NCBI GenBank assembly: GCA_963781885.1 | Contig: CAWAHW010000007.1 | Location: forward strand, 160,001 to 224,000 | Source of the DNA: an uncultured Spirochaetota bacterium | GTDB taxonomy: Bacteria > Spirochaetota > Spirochaetia > SZUA-6 > Fen-1364 | Direction: 5' to 3' | DNA: 64,000 nt | Shown here: positions 1 to 9,517 of the stretch, piece after piece | Layout: the number at the start of each line of letters is the position of its first letter | How positions within the stretch are numbered: position 1 is the first letter of the stretch | The notes under the pieces: generated by a model | What the model was told of the DNA's origin: nothing | Seen by the model: the letters and a program-made list of their open reading frames with translations, nothing else | Database searches by the model: none | Program-made: the position numbers and the translations under genes

Positions 1-551
1 CCTGGGAAGGCAAGGCCGGGCAGCCCGCGCCTCTAAAAGTCGGGGACGGACCCGGCGTCGGCGCGACCGTGGAGACCGTGAGGGACGCGGCGGCGGTCCT
101 GGAGTTCTTCGGTCGCCAGGGATACTTCACGGCAATGAGCGGCCTGCTGGTCGACGGCTGGAAGGTGCATCCCTTTTCACCGGCCACGCTCGCCGAGCGC
201 TACATCGCGGCCGGCCGATGCCGCGGGCTGATCGTGGGCGGAGAGATACGGGCCGCGCTGATCGAATCGCCCGCCTTCGAGACCCGGCGCACCGCGGCAC
301 GGATCGTTGCCCTGGACAGCGTGGATGACCGGGGTGCGTTCCTCCTGCTGGACGACCAGCGCGCGCGCTTCCTGGCGGCGCTGCCTCCCGGAAACACGCT
401 GGAGATGGAGTGGATGGTGCCAAGGGTGCCGCGGCTCAAGGAATGGTGCGCGGCATGGGGCCTGGCCAGCTGGGAGCAGGAGGACGACTATTTCGTCTAC
501 GAGCTGCCCCTGGACCTGCTCCCGAGATTTGCCGCGCGGGAAGGCGCATGA
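1..551 (+). CDS. 5'-truncated hypothetical protein (possibly the C-terminal half of a GNAT-family protein)
   Basis: Frame is open from the window edge to TGA at 549-551, which overlaps the next ATG (ATGA). No diagnostic motif in the visible part. Confidence 0.55.
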   Translation, partial: WEGKAGQPAPLKVGDGPGVGATVETVRDAAAVLEFFGRQGYFTAMSGLLVDGWKVHPFSPATLAERYIAAGRCRGLIVGGEIRAALIESPAFETRRTAARIVALDSVDDRGAFLLLDDQRARFLAALPPGNTLEMEWMVPRVPRLKEWCAAWGLASWEQEDDYFVYELPLDLLPRFAAREGA

Positions 552-970
552 GCATGACGTTCCAGAAAAGCATCACGACAGAGACCACCGGCCACGGGAA
601 CATGAAGGACCTGACGGCGCAGATCGCGGATCTCGTCACCGCATCGGGCATCGCGACGGGGATCGCAAGCGTTTTCGTGGTCGGGAGCACGGCAGCGGTC
701 GGGGCCATCGAGCTGGAGCCGGGCCTTGCGCACGATCTTCCCGAGCTTTTCGACCGGCTCATTCCGCCCAGCAGGTCGTACGGGCACGAGCGGGCCTGGC
801 ACGATGGAAATGGGCATTCCCATCTTCAGGCCACGTGGCTGGGTCCGTCGCTCTCCCTGCCCATCCACGACGGAGCGCCCATTCTCGGAACCTGGCAGCA
901 GATATTCCTGCTTGAATGCGATGTGAAGCCGCGCCGCCGGACCGTCATCATCACGATCGTCGGCGATTGA
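548..970 (+). CDS. yjbQ: YjbQ/UPF0047 family protein (secondary thiamine-phosphate synthase)
   Basis: Motifs GST..IELEPGL..D, H...DGNGHSHL, LGTWQQIFLLECD..PR.R. ATG at 548. Confidence 0.9.
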   Translation: MSMTFQKSITTETTGHGNMKDLTAQIADLVTASGIATGIASVFVVGSTAAVGAIELEPGLAHDLPELFDRLIPPSRSYGHERAWHDGNGHSHLQATWLGPSLSLPIHDGAPILGTWQQIFLLECDVKPRRRTVIITIVGD

Positions 971-980
971 GCACCCCCTG

Positions 981-1026
981 TTGAAAAGCGTCACTCCTTG
1001 TGATAAATTAAAACCGACCGGTCGGT
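981..1026 (+). promoter_or_regulatory. Sigma-70 promoter with a 14-bp palindromic operator
   Basis: TTGAAA (981-986), 17 bp, TAAATT (1004-1009) preceded by TG. Perfect palindrome ACCGACCGGTCGGT at 1013-1026 over the predicted start site. Confidence 0.7.
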
Positions 1027-1048
1027 ATTTTATTTACAGGAGAAAAGC

Positions 1049-2023
1049 ATGGGTCCCTTCACGTTGGTGCCTGCGTGGATCGTCGAGGACATGATCGTCA
1101 TCGCGGTCGCCGTTTTCACCGTCATCTTCATCCTCAAGAACGAGAAGCATCCTGCGAGCATCCTCATGGAGATGTTCTGCTTCATCGTGCTCTATGCCGC
1201 CGTCTATGAGAACCTCGCGACCCTCATGGGCTGGTACGGGTACGGGCGCACGCTGTTCATGATCGGGAATGTCCCGCTCGTCGTGCCCCTGGTGGAGTAC
1301 CTGGTGGTGTATTCGGCCCTGCGCGTGCTGGGCACCATGAATGTCCCGACCTGGGTCAAGCCATTCGCCGTCGGAGGGGCAGGGATGCTGTTCGACTTCG
1401 CCCTGGATCCCCTTGCCATCAAACAGGTGTTCGTCACCCTCGAGCGCACCATCGGGCGCTGGACGTGGTACATGGGGCCGCGCGACGTGGGGATCTATGG
1501 CGAGCCCGTCTACAACTTCACCGGGTGGGTCCTGATCTGCGGCTACGCAGCGGCGCTCCTCCTCCTGGGCAGGTACTGGCATCGCCGGTCGGGATACGCG
1601 GGGGCGGTCGGAATCGCCTATCCCTTCGTGACGATGGGCGCGGCGCTCGGGCTCGTCGTGTCGCCCCTCAGCCAGGCGCTTCTCTGGCTGGAACCGATCT
1701 TCCACAAGGGGAGCATCGGCGAATGGATCATGCTCGGGGTGTGGCTCTGCGTCCCGGTGGTCCTGCTTGTCGTGTTCTGGCGCGGAAAGATGAGGGAGAG
1801 ATTCCTCATCGGGAAGAATCTGCCGGTCGTCCTGACCCTCGTCGGGCTGCCGCTCGTGACGGTGATATGGACGCTTGCCGCCGGGCAGCTCGAGATCGTG
1901 TGGATCGAGGCCCTGGCGACCCTGGGGCTGGCGGGCCTGCTCGCCGGGGCGAGCCTGCTGCCCGCCCCGGTCGCGTCGCGGCAGCGGCGGGTCACAGCCC
2001 AAGGAGCGGCGCGAGCTCGCTGA
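1049..2023 (+). CDS. Polytopic membrane protein, DUF422/carotenoid biosynthesis (CruF-like) family
   Basis: RBS AGGAG, about 9 hydrophobic segments, motifs YEN, VPL, D..LDPLA, W.W and GEPVYNFTGW. Confidence 0.6.
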   Translation: MGPFTLVPAWIVEDMIVIAVAVFTVIFILKNEKHPASILMEMFCFIVLYAAVYENLATLMGWYGYGRTLFMIGNVPLVVPLVEYLVVYSALRVLGTMNVPTWVKPFAVGGAGMLFDFALDPLAIKQVFVTLERTIGRWTWYMGPRDVGIYGEPVYNFTGWVLICGYAAALLLLGRYWHRRSGYAGAVGIAYPFVTMGAALGLVVSPLSQALLWLEPIFHKGSIGEWIMLGVWLCVPVVLLVVFWRGKMRERFLIGKNLPVVLTLVGLPLVTVIWTLAAGQLEIVWIEALATLGLAGLLAGASLLPAPVASRQRRVTAQGAARAR

Positions 2024-2615
2024 GGCTCTCTATCGTGTAGTCGGGGACGGCTTTTTTAGCGTTTTCATGCGCCCAGGTGGTTGCGCTCGACACGACGCGG
2101 CCGTTCGTCACGAGCACGGTCGGCGAGCCTGCCGCCCTGCCCGCGGCGATGTCGAACGTGAAATCGCCGACGACCAGCATGTCCGCCGTCTCCACCCCGA
2201 GCCTGCGCGCCGCGTCGATCACCCCGTCGGGGTGCGGCTTCGGCCTTCCCGGGCTTTCCCGGGTGTGGATCACGGTGAAATCCGTCTCCGAGACGGTGCG
2301 GAAGTTCTTGAGCGATTCGCGGATGGAGGCGAGCGTGTTGCGCGTGAGGATGCCGCAGGCGATGCCCCGGTTCCTCAGGAGCGCCACGGTCTCCTCGGCG
2401 CCCGTGTTGGGAGACGACGCGCGGGCCGCTGCCAGCTCGAAGTCGGAAAGGATGCCGTGCGCTCTTTCGCGCTCCTCCTGTCCGGGGAGCGCTTCGATGT
2501 ATTCCAGTATCGTCGCGGTACCGGGACATCCGAGCGCCCGGCGCAGCGCGCCGAAATCGAGGGAATCGGGCCGCGTGAGCGTGCCGTCGAAATCGAAAAG
2601 GACGGCGCGGATCAT
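1992..2615 (-). CDS. HAD-superfamily hydrolase (phosphoglycolate phosphatase-like)
   Basis: Motif I FDFDGTL, motif II LTRN, KPHPDG, VGD...DI.AG..AG. Confidence 0.9.
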   Translation of the reverse strand: MIRAVLFDFDGTLTRPDSLDFGALRRALGCPGTATILEYIEALPGQEERERAHGILSDFELAAARASSPNTGAEETVALLRNRGIACGILTRNTLASIRESLKNFRTVSETDFTVIHTRESPGRPKPHPDGVIDAARRLGVETADMLVVGDFTFDIAAGRAAGSPTVLVTNGRVVSSATTWAHENAKKAVPDYTIESLSELAPLLGL

Positions 2616-2746
2616 GGGGTGCCCCCCGCGCGCACCGAGGCCCCGTCGGTCTGCTTCCCCGTCGACGCGTTGGCGGCCTGGGCGCAGACCTTATCGGGGT
2701 GTCCTTCGTTGACGGACTCCGAGGTGAAAAGGAAATCCTTCGGCAT
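2612..2746 (-). CDS. 44-aa mini-ORF or remnant carrying the MetK (SAM synthetase) N-terminal motif
   Basis: MPKDFLFTSESVNEGHPDKVC matches the MetK N-terminus, then diverges. GAGGAG RBS upstream; its stop overlaps the HAD ATG (ATGA). Confidence 0.6.
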   Translation of the reverse strand: MPKDFLFTSESVNEGHPDKVCAQAANASTGKQTDGASVRAGGTP

Positions 2747-2827
2747 GGGGTTGGGCTCCTCGTGATGGCGCCGTGAGTGTAGCGCGGATGACTGCCGTGG
2801 GCTATACTCGTGGAAAAGGGGGAGATC

Positions 2828-3496
2828 GTGCGAAAAATAATCGGCATCGCTCTCGTGCTGGCCGCGTTTTCCGCGGCCACGGCATTCGCGTTCAACCCGG
2901 ACGAGCTCAACAAGGTCACGATCCAGAACAACACAGGCACGAAGATCGAGATGATCTTCCTGTCGCCCGGCGACAGCGACTACTGGGGCCCCGACATCAT
3001 CGGCGCGGACTACGTCCTGAAGGATGGCGGCTCCATCGGCTACTATCTCCACTACCCCGATAAATCCTTCAAGTTCGATGTCATGGCCACCGACGACAAA
3101 GGCAACAAATTCGAGCAGCGCGACCTCGTGGTCACGGACGGGGTGGAGCTCACGCTGAAGCTCTCGAAGAAGAACCTCGACGCGGCCGCGCCCGATTTCA
3201 CGCTCGCGACGGTGCACTTCGAGAACAACACCGGCCACGAGCTGCAGTACCTCTTCGTATCGCCCAACGACTCCAAGGCGTGGGGCGTCGACTTGCTCGA
3301 CGAATCGACCACGCTCGCCGACGGCGACACCCACAGCATCGTCGTGCCCATCGGCAAGAACAAGGCGAAGTACAATCTCATGGCCGTGGATGAGAACAAC
3401 GATGAGTATTCCTTCAACCTTACCCTGGACCCCGCCAAGGCGAGCAAAGAGTTCAGCTGGAGCATCGACCCGAGCGATCTGTCCACGGGCAAATGA
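2828..3496 (+). CDS. Exported protein with two tandem ~100-aa repeats
   Basis: Signal peptide (..ATAFA). Repeats NNTG.KIEMIFLSPGDSDYWGPDII and NNTGHELQYLFVSPNDSKAWGVDLL. Confidence 0.8.
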   Translation: MRKIIGIALVLAAFSAATAFAFNPDELNKVTIQNNTGTKIEMIFLSPGDSDYWGPDIIGADYVLKDGGSIGYYLHYPDKSFKFDVMATDDKGNKFEQRDLVVTDGVELTLKLSKKNLDAAAPDFTLATVHFENNTGHELQYLFVSPNDSKAWGVDLLDESTTLADGDTHSIVVPIGKNKAKYNLMAVDENNDEYSFNLTLDPAKASKEFSWSIDPSDLSTGK

Positions 3497-3547
3497 GCAG
3501 GAACGGGCGGGCCGCGCCGCGCGTCGCCTGCCGGCGCGCCCGCTCTC

Positions 3548-5092
3548 TCATATCCCTTCGAGGAACGCCACGATCTCGGCAATGCGGACCGGCTTCGCGA
3601 TGAACCCGTCGAAGCCTTCCGCGAGGAAGCGCTCGGGGTCGCCCTTCATGGCATAGGCGGTGAGCGCGACAAAGGGCCCGCGCACGCCGCCATCCCGCAG
3701 CCGGCGCATCGCCTCGATGCCGTTCATGCCGGGGAGCTGGATGTCCATGAAGACGATGTCGCAGCTTCCGCCGGCCGCCACGCTGAGGGCCTCTTCTCCC
3801 GTCGCCGCCATGAGCACCGTGCAGCCGAATGCCGCGAGGATGCGCTCCATGAGCGCGCGGTTGGCGGCACTGTCGTCGACCACCAGGGCGGTCTTCCCCG
3901 AGAGGTCCGGGACGTTGTCGCTGGGCACCGGCGCCGCGCCCGGCGCGGGGGAGGCGGCGGGGCCGGCCGTCGGGGCCTGCAGGCCCGGGAACCGCACGGT
4001 GAACCTGCTCCCCGCGCCGGGCGTGCTTTCCACCGCCACGGAGCCGGCGTGCAGCTCGACGAGCCGCTTCACGATGGCGAGCCCCAGCCCCGTGCCCTCG
4101 CCGCTGCGCCCCGCGCGCGACTGGGAGTACGGCTCGAAGATGCGCGGCAGATCGGCCGGCGCGATGCCGATCCCCTCGTCCCACACGGTGATCGTGAGCA
4201 TGCCGCCCTGCGCGGAGGCATCCACCCCGATGCGCTTCTCCCGCGCGGTGAACTTGATCGCATTCGACAGCAGATTGTAGAGGACCTGCTTGAAGCGCAC
4301 CTCGTCGACGTCGACCAAGCCAACGCCATCCGGCAGCTTTGTCTCGATGCGCAGGTGCTTCTTGGCCGCCAGGGAGCGCACGGTCGTGAGGACGCGGCGG
4401 ATGACGAGCAGGGGATCGATGTGCGTCTTCTCCAGCTCCACCTTGCCCGCCTCCACCTTCGACAGGTCGAGCACGTCGTTCACCATGTCCAGGAGGTGCT
4501 CCCCCCCTTCGCGGATCCAGTGCACGTACTCGTGCTGCTTCGCCGTGAGCGTTTCCCCGCCCTGCAGCTCCATGAGCTGGCTGAAGCCCAGGATGGAGTT
4601 CAAGGGAGTGCGCAGCTCGTGGCTCATGTCGGCAAGGAAGCGGCTCTTGGCGCGGTTGGCGGCCTCTGCCGCGGCCGTTGCCTCGCGGAGCAGCTCCTCC
4701 ATCGCCTTGCGCTCGGTGATGTCCTCCTTGACCCCGAGGTAGTGGCTGATATCGCCGTCGGCATCGCGGATGGCGGATATCGCCACGAGCTCCCAGTACA
4801 GGTCGCCGCTCTTCTTGCGGTTGCACAACTCGCCTCGCCATTCGCGGCCCGCGCTGATCGTCCGCCACAGGTCGCGGTATATCTCGGGACCCTGGACACC
4901 TGACTTGAGGATGCGGGGGTTGCGGCCGATCACCTCTTCCCGCGCGTAGCCCGTGAGGAGCGTGAACTTGCCGTTGACGTATTCGATGTTGCCCAGGGGG
5001 TCGGTGATCACGACGGTCGTGGGGCTCTCTTCCACGATGGAGACGAAGATCCGCGGATCCAGCCCCCGCCGTTCCTGCGGGCTGTCGGCCAC
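3548..5092 (-). CDS. Cytoplasmic PAS hybrid sensor histidine kinase/response regulator
   Basis: PAS/PAC (GRNPRILKSG, WRGELCNRKKSG), H-box SHELRTPL, NAIKFT, GTGLGL, C-terminal REC (VVDD, FMDIQLPGMNG, KP). GTG start 5 nt after the upstream M42 stop. Confidence 0.9.
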   Translation of the reverse strand: MADSPQERRGLDPRIFVSIVEESPTTVVITDPLGNIEYVNGKFTLLTGYAREEVIGRNPRILKSGVQGPEIYRDLWRTISAGREWRGELCNRKKSGDLYWELVAISAIRDADGDISHYLGVKEDITERKAMEELLREATAAAEAANRAKSRFLADMSHELRTPLNSILGFSQLMELQGGETLTAKQHEYVHWIREGGEHLLDMVNDVLDLSKVEAGKVELEKTHIDPLLVIRRVLTTVRSLAAKKHLRIETKLPDGVGLVDVDEVRFKQVLYNLLSNAIKFTAREKRIGVDASAQGGMLTITVWDEGIGIAPADLPRIFEPYSQSRAGRSGEGTGLGLAIVKRLVELHAGSVAVESTPGAGSRFTVRFPGLQAPTAGPAASPAPGAAPVPSDNVPDLSGKTALVVDDSAANRALMERILAAFGCTVLMAATGEEALSVAAGGSCDIVFMDIQLPGMNGIEAMRRLRDGGVRGPFVALTAYAMKGDPERFLAEGFDGFIAKPVRIAEIVAFLEGI

Positions 5093-5096
5093 AGGC

Positions 5097-6089
5097 CTAC
5101 CCGATGTCGATGGGTCCCGCGAGGGCCTCGCAGAGGAGCCGGACCGATGCCTGCACGTCCGCGTAGTCCACCATCTCGGACGGAGAGTGGGCGTAGCGGG
5201 TGGGAATGGAGAGGCAGCCGGAAGGCACCCCGGCCCGCGAGACCTGGATGACGCTTGCATCCGTCGTCCCCATGACGAGCACCTCGCGCTGGCAGGGGAT
5301 GCCGGACGCCTCCGCGGTGCGGAGGAGCCAGTCCTTCACGCCCGGATGGGCGAGCATGCCGCGGTCCTTGATCTTGACCGCCGGTCCCGCGCCAAGCGCC
5401 ACCGCCATGGGGGCGCATTCCGGAGTGTCGCCCGTCAGCGTGATGTCGACGGCCAGCGCGATGTCGGGCTCCACGCTGAAACCCGAGGTCGTCGCGCCGC
5501 GCAGCCCCACCTCCTCCTGGACGGTGAAGACGAAGGACAGGTCGTGCGGCGATTCACCGAGCTCCTTCAGCACCTGCAGCATCACCGCGCAGCCCACGCG
5601 GTCGTCCAGGGCCTTCGCCACGATCCGCGTTCCCCTTTCCTCGCAGGTGCGATGGAAGCAGGCCACGTCGCCGACCCGCACCGGGCAGTCCCCCGGTCCC
5701 GTCGCGCCCACGTCGATGTAGAACTTGTCCATGCCGGGGACCCTGCTTGCATCGTCGGTCTTTTCAACGCCGATCGCGCCGATCGTCCCGTCGGCAAACC
5801 GCACGCGGCCGCCGAGCAGCGGCAGGAGCTGCACGCCGCCCACGTTGCCGAAGCGCAGGAATCCGCGCGTGTCGACGTGCGTGACCACGATGCCGATCTC
5901 GTCCATGTGGGCGGCGAGCATCAGGCGGCGGCCCCCGGCCTTTCCCGTGCGGTGCACGATGAGATTGCCCATCGCGTCAACGCGCTTCTCCACGCCCATG
6001 GGCAGCTCGGCGAGTATCGCCTCGCGCACCGCGGTCTCGTACCCCGAGGGCCCGAAGCATTCCGTGAGCTTCTTGATGAGGTCTTTCAT
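5097..6089 (-). CDS. M42 (TET) aminopeptidase, copy 3
   Basis: GPSGYE, AAHMDEIG, KALDDRVG, TVQEEVGLRGA, AVDIT, YAHSP. Confidence 0.92.
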   Translation of the reverse strand: MKDLIKKLTECFGPSGYETAVREAILAELPMGVEKRVDAMGNLIVHRTGKAGGRRLMLAAHMDEIGIVVTHVDTRGFLRFGNVGGVQLLPLLGGRVRFADGTIGAIGVEKTDDASRVPGMDKFYIDVGATGPGDCPVRVGDVACFHRTCEERGTRIVAKALDDRVGCAVMLQVLKELGESPHDLSFVFTVQEEVGLRGATTSGFSVEPDIALAVDITLTGDTPECAPMAVALGAGPAVKIKDRGMLAHPGVKDWLLRTAEASGIPCQREVLVMGTTDASVIQVSRAGVPSGCLSIPTRYAHSPSEMVDYADVQASVRLLCEALAGPIDIG

Positions 6090-6099
6090 TATCAACTCC

Positions 6100-7140
6100 T
6101 CAGGAGGACAGGGCCGCGGGCAGGCCCGGAAGAGCTTCGCGGACGAGCGCGAGCGCCGCATCGAAATCGCGCAGGTCCATGATGGCGGCGGGCGAATGGA
6201 TGTAGCGGGCGGGCACGGCAATGGTGATGCTGGGGATGCCCGCACGCGACTTGTGGATGACGCCCGCGTCCGTGCCGCCGATGTTCGGCTGCTTGAACTG
6301 GTGGGGGATGCCGCCGCGCCGCGCGGCGGAGCCGAAAAGCTCGACCAGACGCGGGTCGGCGATGAAGCTCGTGTCGCGGATGGTGATGGCGGCGCCGCCG
6401 CCCAGCCGCGTGGAAGGGCTCACGTCCAGGGGCGTGGGGACTTCATTCGCGCCCGTGCACTCCAGCACCACGGCGGCGTCGGGGCTTTCCGCATATGCTG
6501 CCACCTTCGCGCCCCGCAACCCCACCTCTTCCTGGACCGTGAAAGCCGTCGAGAGCTCGAAGGGGAAACGCTCCTTGAGGAGCTCGACAAGAAGCGCACA
6601 GCCGACCCTGTCGTCGAGGGCCTTTCCCTGCACGGTTCTCCAGGCGGAGCCTTCTCCCGCAAGACTGCGGAACCGGGTGGCAAAAATCGCCGTGTCTCCC
6701 CGCTGCACGAGCTTCTCCGCCTCCGCCTTGTTCGACGCGCCGATGTCGATGAGAAGCTGCCTGCTCTCCACGACCTTGTTCCGTTCCGCGGCATCCGTGA
6801 GATGCACCGGTTTCATGCCGATCACGCCCGGCACGCGCTTCGCGCCGATGAGCACGGTGCGCGCGGGCAGCACCCGGTCGTCGATGCCGCCAACCTTCGC
6901 GAAGCGCAGGAGGCCCGAATCCTCCGCGAGGGTGATCATGAGCCCGACCTCGTCCATGTGCGCGGCCAGGAGCACGCGCAGCGGCGAGGCACCCGTGCCT
7001 TTCCTGCGCGCGATGAGGTTTCCCACGCCGTCGACCCGGCACGCATCCACACGGCCGCGTATCTCGGGGAGGATGATCGATCGGATCTCCTCCTCACGGC
7101 CCGAGACGCCGTGCCCCTCCGACAGCCTTTCCAGCAGCAT
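6100..7140 (-). CDS. M42 (TET) aminopeptidase, copy 2
   Basis: GVSGRE, AAHMDEVG, KALDDRVG, TVQEEVGLRGA, VLECT, GGTDAG, YIHSP. Confidence 0.92.
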   Translation of the reverse strand: MLLERLSEGHGVSGREEEIRSIILPEIRGRVDACRVDGVGNLIARRKGTGASPLRVLLAAHMDEVGLMITLAEDSGLLRFAKVGGIDDRVLPARTVLIGAKRVPGVIGMKPVHLTDAAERNKVVESRQLLIDIGASNKAEAEKLVQRGDTAIFATRFRSLAGEGSAWRTVQGKALDDRVGCALLVELLKERFPFELSTAFTVQEEVGLRGAKVAAYAESPDAAVVLECTGANEVPTPLDVSPSTRLGGGAAITIRDTSFIADPRLVELFGSAARRGGIPHQFKQPNIGGTDAGVIHKSRAGIPSITIAVPARYIHSPAAIMDLRDFDAALALVREALPGLPAALSS

Positions 7141-7142
7141 CT

Positions 7143-8249
7143 TTAGTCCTCCTGCGCCGAAGAGGCAGGCGCCTCTTCGGCCAGAGCGTCACGAACCACG
7201 AGCGTCCCGGCGAAATCCAGGGGGAGCCGGCAGATGAACTCTGCCAGCAGCCGGCCGGTCCGCTCGACGTCGCGCAGGCAGACCGTCTCGATCGGGGTGT
7301 GCATGGAGCGCAGAGGGATGCTGAGGAGGCCGCAGGGGATGCCCGACCTGCTCACCTGGATGCCCCACGCATCGGTGCCGCTCGGACCGGGGAGCGGCTC
7401 GATCTGGTAGGCGAGCTCGAGCGCCTTCGCCGCGCGCACGAGGCCATCGTGGATCAGCGGGTGGAAGTTGGGGCCCACCGCGACGGCCGGTCCCCCGTCC
7501 ATGACGACGGTCTCCGCGGCGGAAAGCCCGGGCTGCGCGCCGAACGTGACGTCGACGGCGATTGCCGCCGTGGGATCGATGCCGTAGGCGCCCGTCACGG
7601 CGCCCGCCATCGTGCTCTCTTCCTGCACCGTTGCCACCGCATACACGTCCCACGCATGGGTGCGCCGCGCGAGCTCCTCCAGGCAGAGCACCATGGCAGC
7701 GACAGAGGCGCGGTCATCCATGGACTTGCACGCTGCGTAGCCGTGTGCAAGGTCGGACCAGCGCGGGGCAAGGGTCACGATGTCGCCGACGCGCACGAGC
7801 GACTCCACCTCCGCGGGAGGCAGCCCGACGTCGACAAACAGCTTGTCCAGGGGAACCGGCTTCTCCCTCTCGGAAGGCGCGGTGAAGTGCGGGGGCACGC
7901 TCACGACGAGGCCCGCGAGCTCGCGGCGTCCATGGACCGCGACCTCCTGGCCGAACAGCACGCGCGGGTCGAATCCGCCGATCTCCGTGACACGGAGAAA
8001 GCCTTTCTCACGACCGGTGACCACGAGGGCGATTTCGTCCATGTGCGCCGCGATCATGAGCGACGGCCGTGCGGCGCCGTCCGCCGCGCCCGTCCCGCGC
8101 CGCAGCGCCACGCAGTTTCCCAGGCGGTCGACGCGCACGTCGTGGGAGTGGGCGCGGAGCAGGTTGCCCACGATTTCGCGGACCTCCGCCTCATAGCCCG
8201 ACGGCCCACGAGCCTCGGCGAGCTGCCGCAGGAGGGTGGCGGTTTCCAT
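7143..8249 (-). CDS. M42 (TET) aminopeptidase, copy 1
   Basis: GPSGYE, AAHMDEI, KSMDDRA, TVQEES, AVDVT, GTDA, SMHTP. Confidence 0.92.
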   Translation of the reverse strand: METATLLRQLAEARGPSGYEAEVREIVGNLLRAHSHDVRVDRLGNCVALRRGTGAADGAARPSLMIAAHMDEIALVVTGREKGFLRVTEIGGFDPRVLFGQEVAVHGRRELAGLVVSVPPHFTAPSEREKPVPLDKLFVDVGLPPAEVESLVRVGDIVTLAPRWSDLAHGYAACKSMDDRASVAAMVLCLEELARRTHAWDVYAVATVQEESTMAGAVTGAYGIDPTAAIAVDVTFGAQPGLSAAETVVMDGGPAVAVGPNFHPLIHDGLVRAAKALELAYQIEPLPGPSGTDAWGIQVSRSGIPCGLLSIPLRSMHTPIETVCLRDVERTGRLLAEFICRLPLDFAGTLVVRDALAEEAPASSAQED

Positions 8250-8306
8250 GACGGCAACAATAGCAGGGGGTGCGCCTGTTGGTAAAGAACCGGGCGCCGC
8301 GGAGGA

Positions 8307-9480
8307 TCAGCCGGAGAGCCGCTCGTAAATGGCGGCGAACTCCTCCGCGACCGTGGAGAAAACGGCGAGGATGCGCGGGTCGAAGTGGGAGGGCATCGTG
8401 CGGCCGTCGCCTTTCGTGATGATGGCGACGCTATCGGCGTGGGTAACCGCAGGCTTGTAGCGGCGCGGCGAGCGCAGCGCGTCGTAGACGTCGGCGACGG
8501 ACATGATCTGCGCGGCTAGCGGGATGTCGTCCCCCGCGAGCCCCCGTGGGTAGCCGCTGCCGTCGCGCCGCTCGTGGTGCGCGTGCGCGATCTCCGCGCC
8601 CATGCTGATGAAGCCGTTGCGCGGGTAGTTCTCCTGCACGCCGTGGAGCGTGCGCGCGCCGATGGTCGTGTGCGTCTTCATGATCTCGAACTCTTCAGGG
8701 GTGTGACGGTCCGGGCTTCAGGAGGATGAGATCCGAGATGCCCACCTTTCCAATGTCGTGCAGGGGCGCCGCGTTGTACAGGTCGCGCACGAAGGGCTCG
8801 GTGATCCTGCCCTGGAACGCGGGCTCGTCGCGGAGAGCGTTTCCCAGCGCGAGGCAGTATTCACGGACGCGCCAGATGTGCGTCCCCGTTTCGTCGTCAC
8901 GGGACTCGGCGAGCTTCACCATGGCGAAGATGGTCGCCAGCTGCGACTCGGAGATCTCCTTCACCTTCTCGTTCACGAGCTGCTCGAGGTAGCGGTTGTA
9001 GCGTTCCAGCTCCGCCTGGGCGCGGCGCAGCTTCAGGTGCGTCTCCACGCGCGCCTCCACCTCCTCGATCTGGAACGGCTTCGTGATGTAGTCCACGCCG
9101 CCGCGTTGGAAGGCCTTCACCTTGCCCTCCATCTCCGTGAGGGCGCTGAGGAAGATCACGGGCACGTCGCGCAGCCGGGCATCCTCCTTCATGAGCCGGC
9201 AGACCTCGAAGCCGTCCATCTCGGGCATGCTGATGTCCAGGAGCACGAGGTCCGGGGGATCGCTCGCCGCGGCCTTCAGCGCGAGCCTGCCGGACGGCAC
9301 GGGACGCACGCGGTAGCCGCGCTCGCCGAGCATGCGCGCGAGAAGCGTGAGGTTCGCAGGCGTGTCGTCCACGACGAGGATGTTGCCCCGCGTGGGGGCG
9401 GCAGGTGTGTCGGCCAAGGCTCTACCCGCCGGCGAGCATACCCTGCCGACGGCGCCGCTGTCAAAGATGGCGGGCGGCAC
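8307..9480 (-). pseudogene. RpfG-type REC + HD-GYP c-di-GMP phosphodiesterase, split by a +1 frameshift near 8703 (possibly a sequencing error)
   Basis: ORF 8695..9480 has REC and PLHDIGKVGI..ILLKPG. It continues in another frame as [11 protein letters not shown]...[11 protein letters not shown] (8307..8681). True start may be TTG 9417. Confidence 0.85.
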
Positions 9481-9517
9481 TTGCCACGCCGCTGTCGGAG
9501 ACGCAGTATCGGCCTAT

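Noticed and set aside
2747-2827. SAM riboswitch upstream of the MetK-like mini-ORF
   Set aside because: Only about 80 nt of divergent intergenic space and no SAM-I or SAM-II consensus recognised.
8690-8715. Selenocysteine read-through or programmed frameshift in the HD-GYP gene
   Set aside because: The continuation is in a different frame, so TGA read-through would not help. No slippery heptamer, and similar +1 indels occur in unrelated genes.
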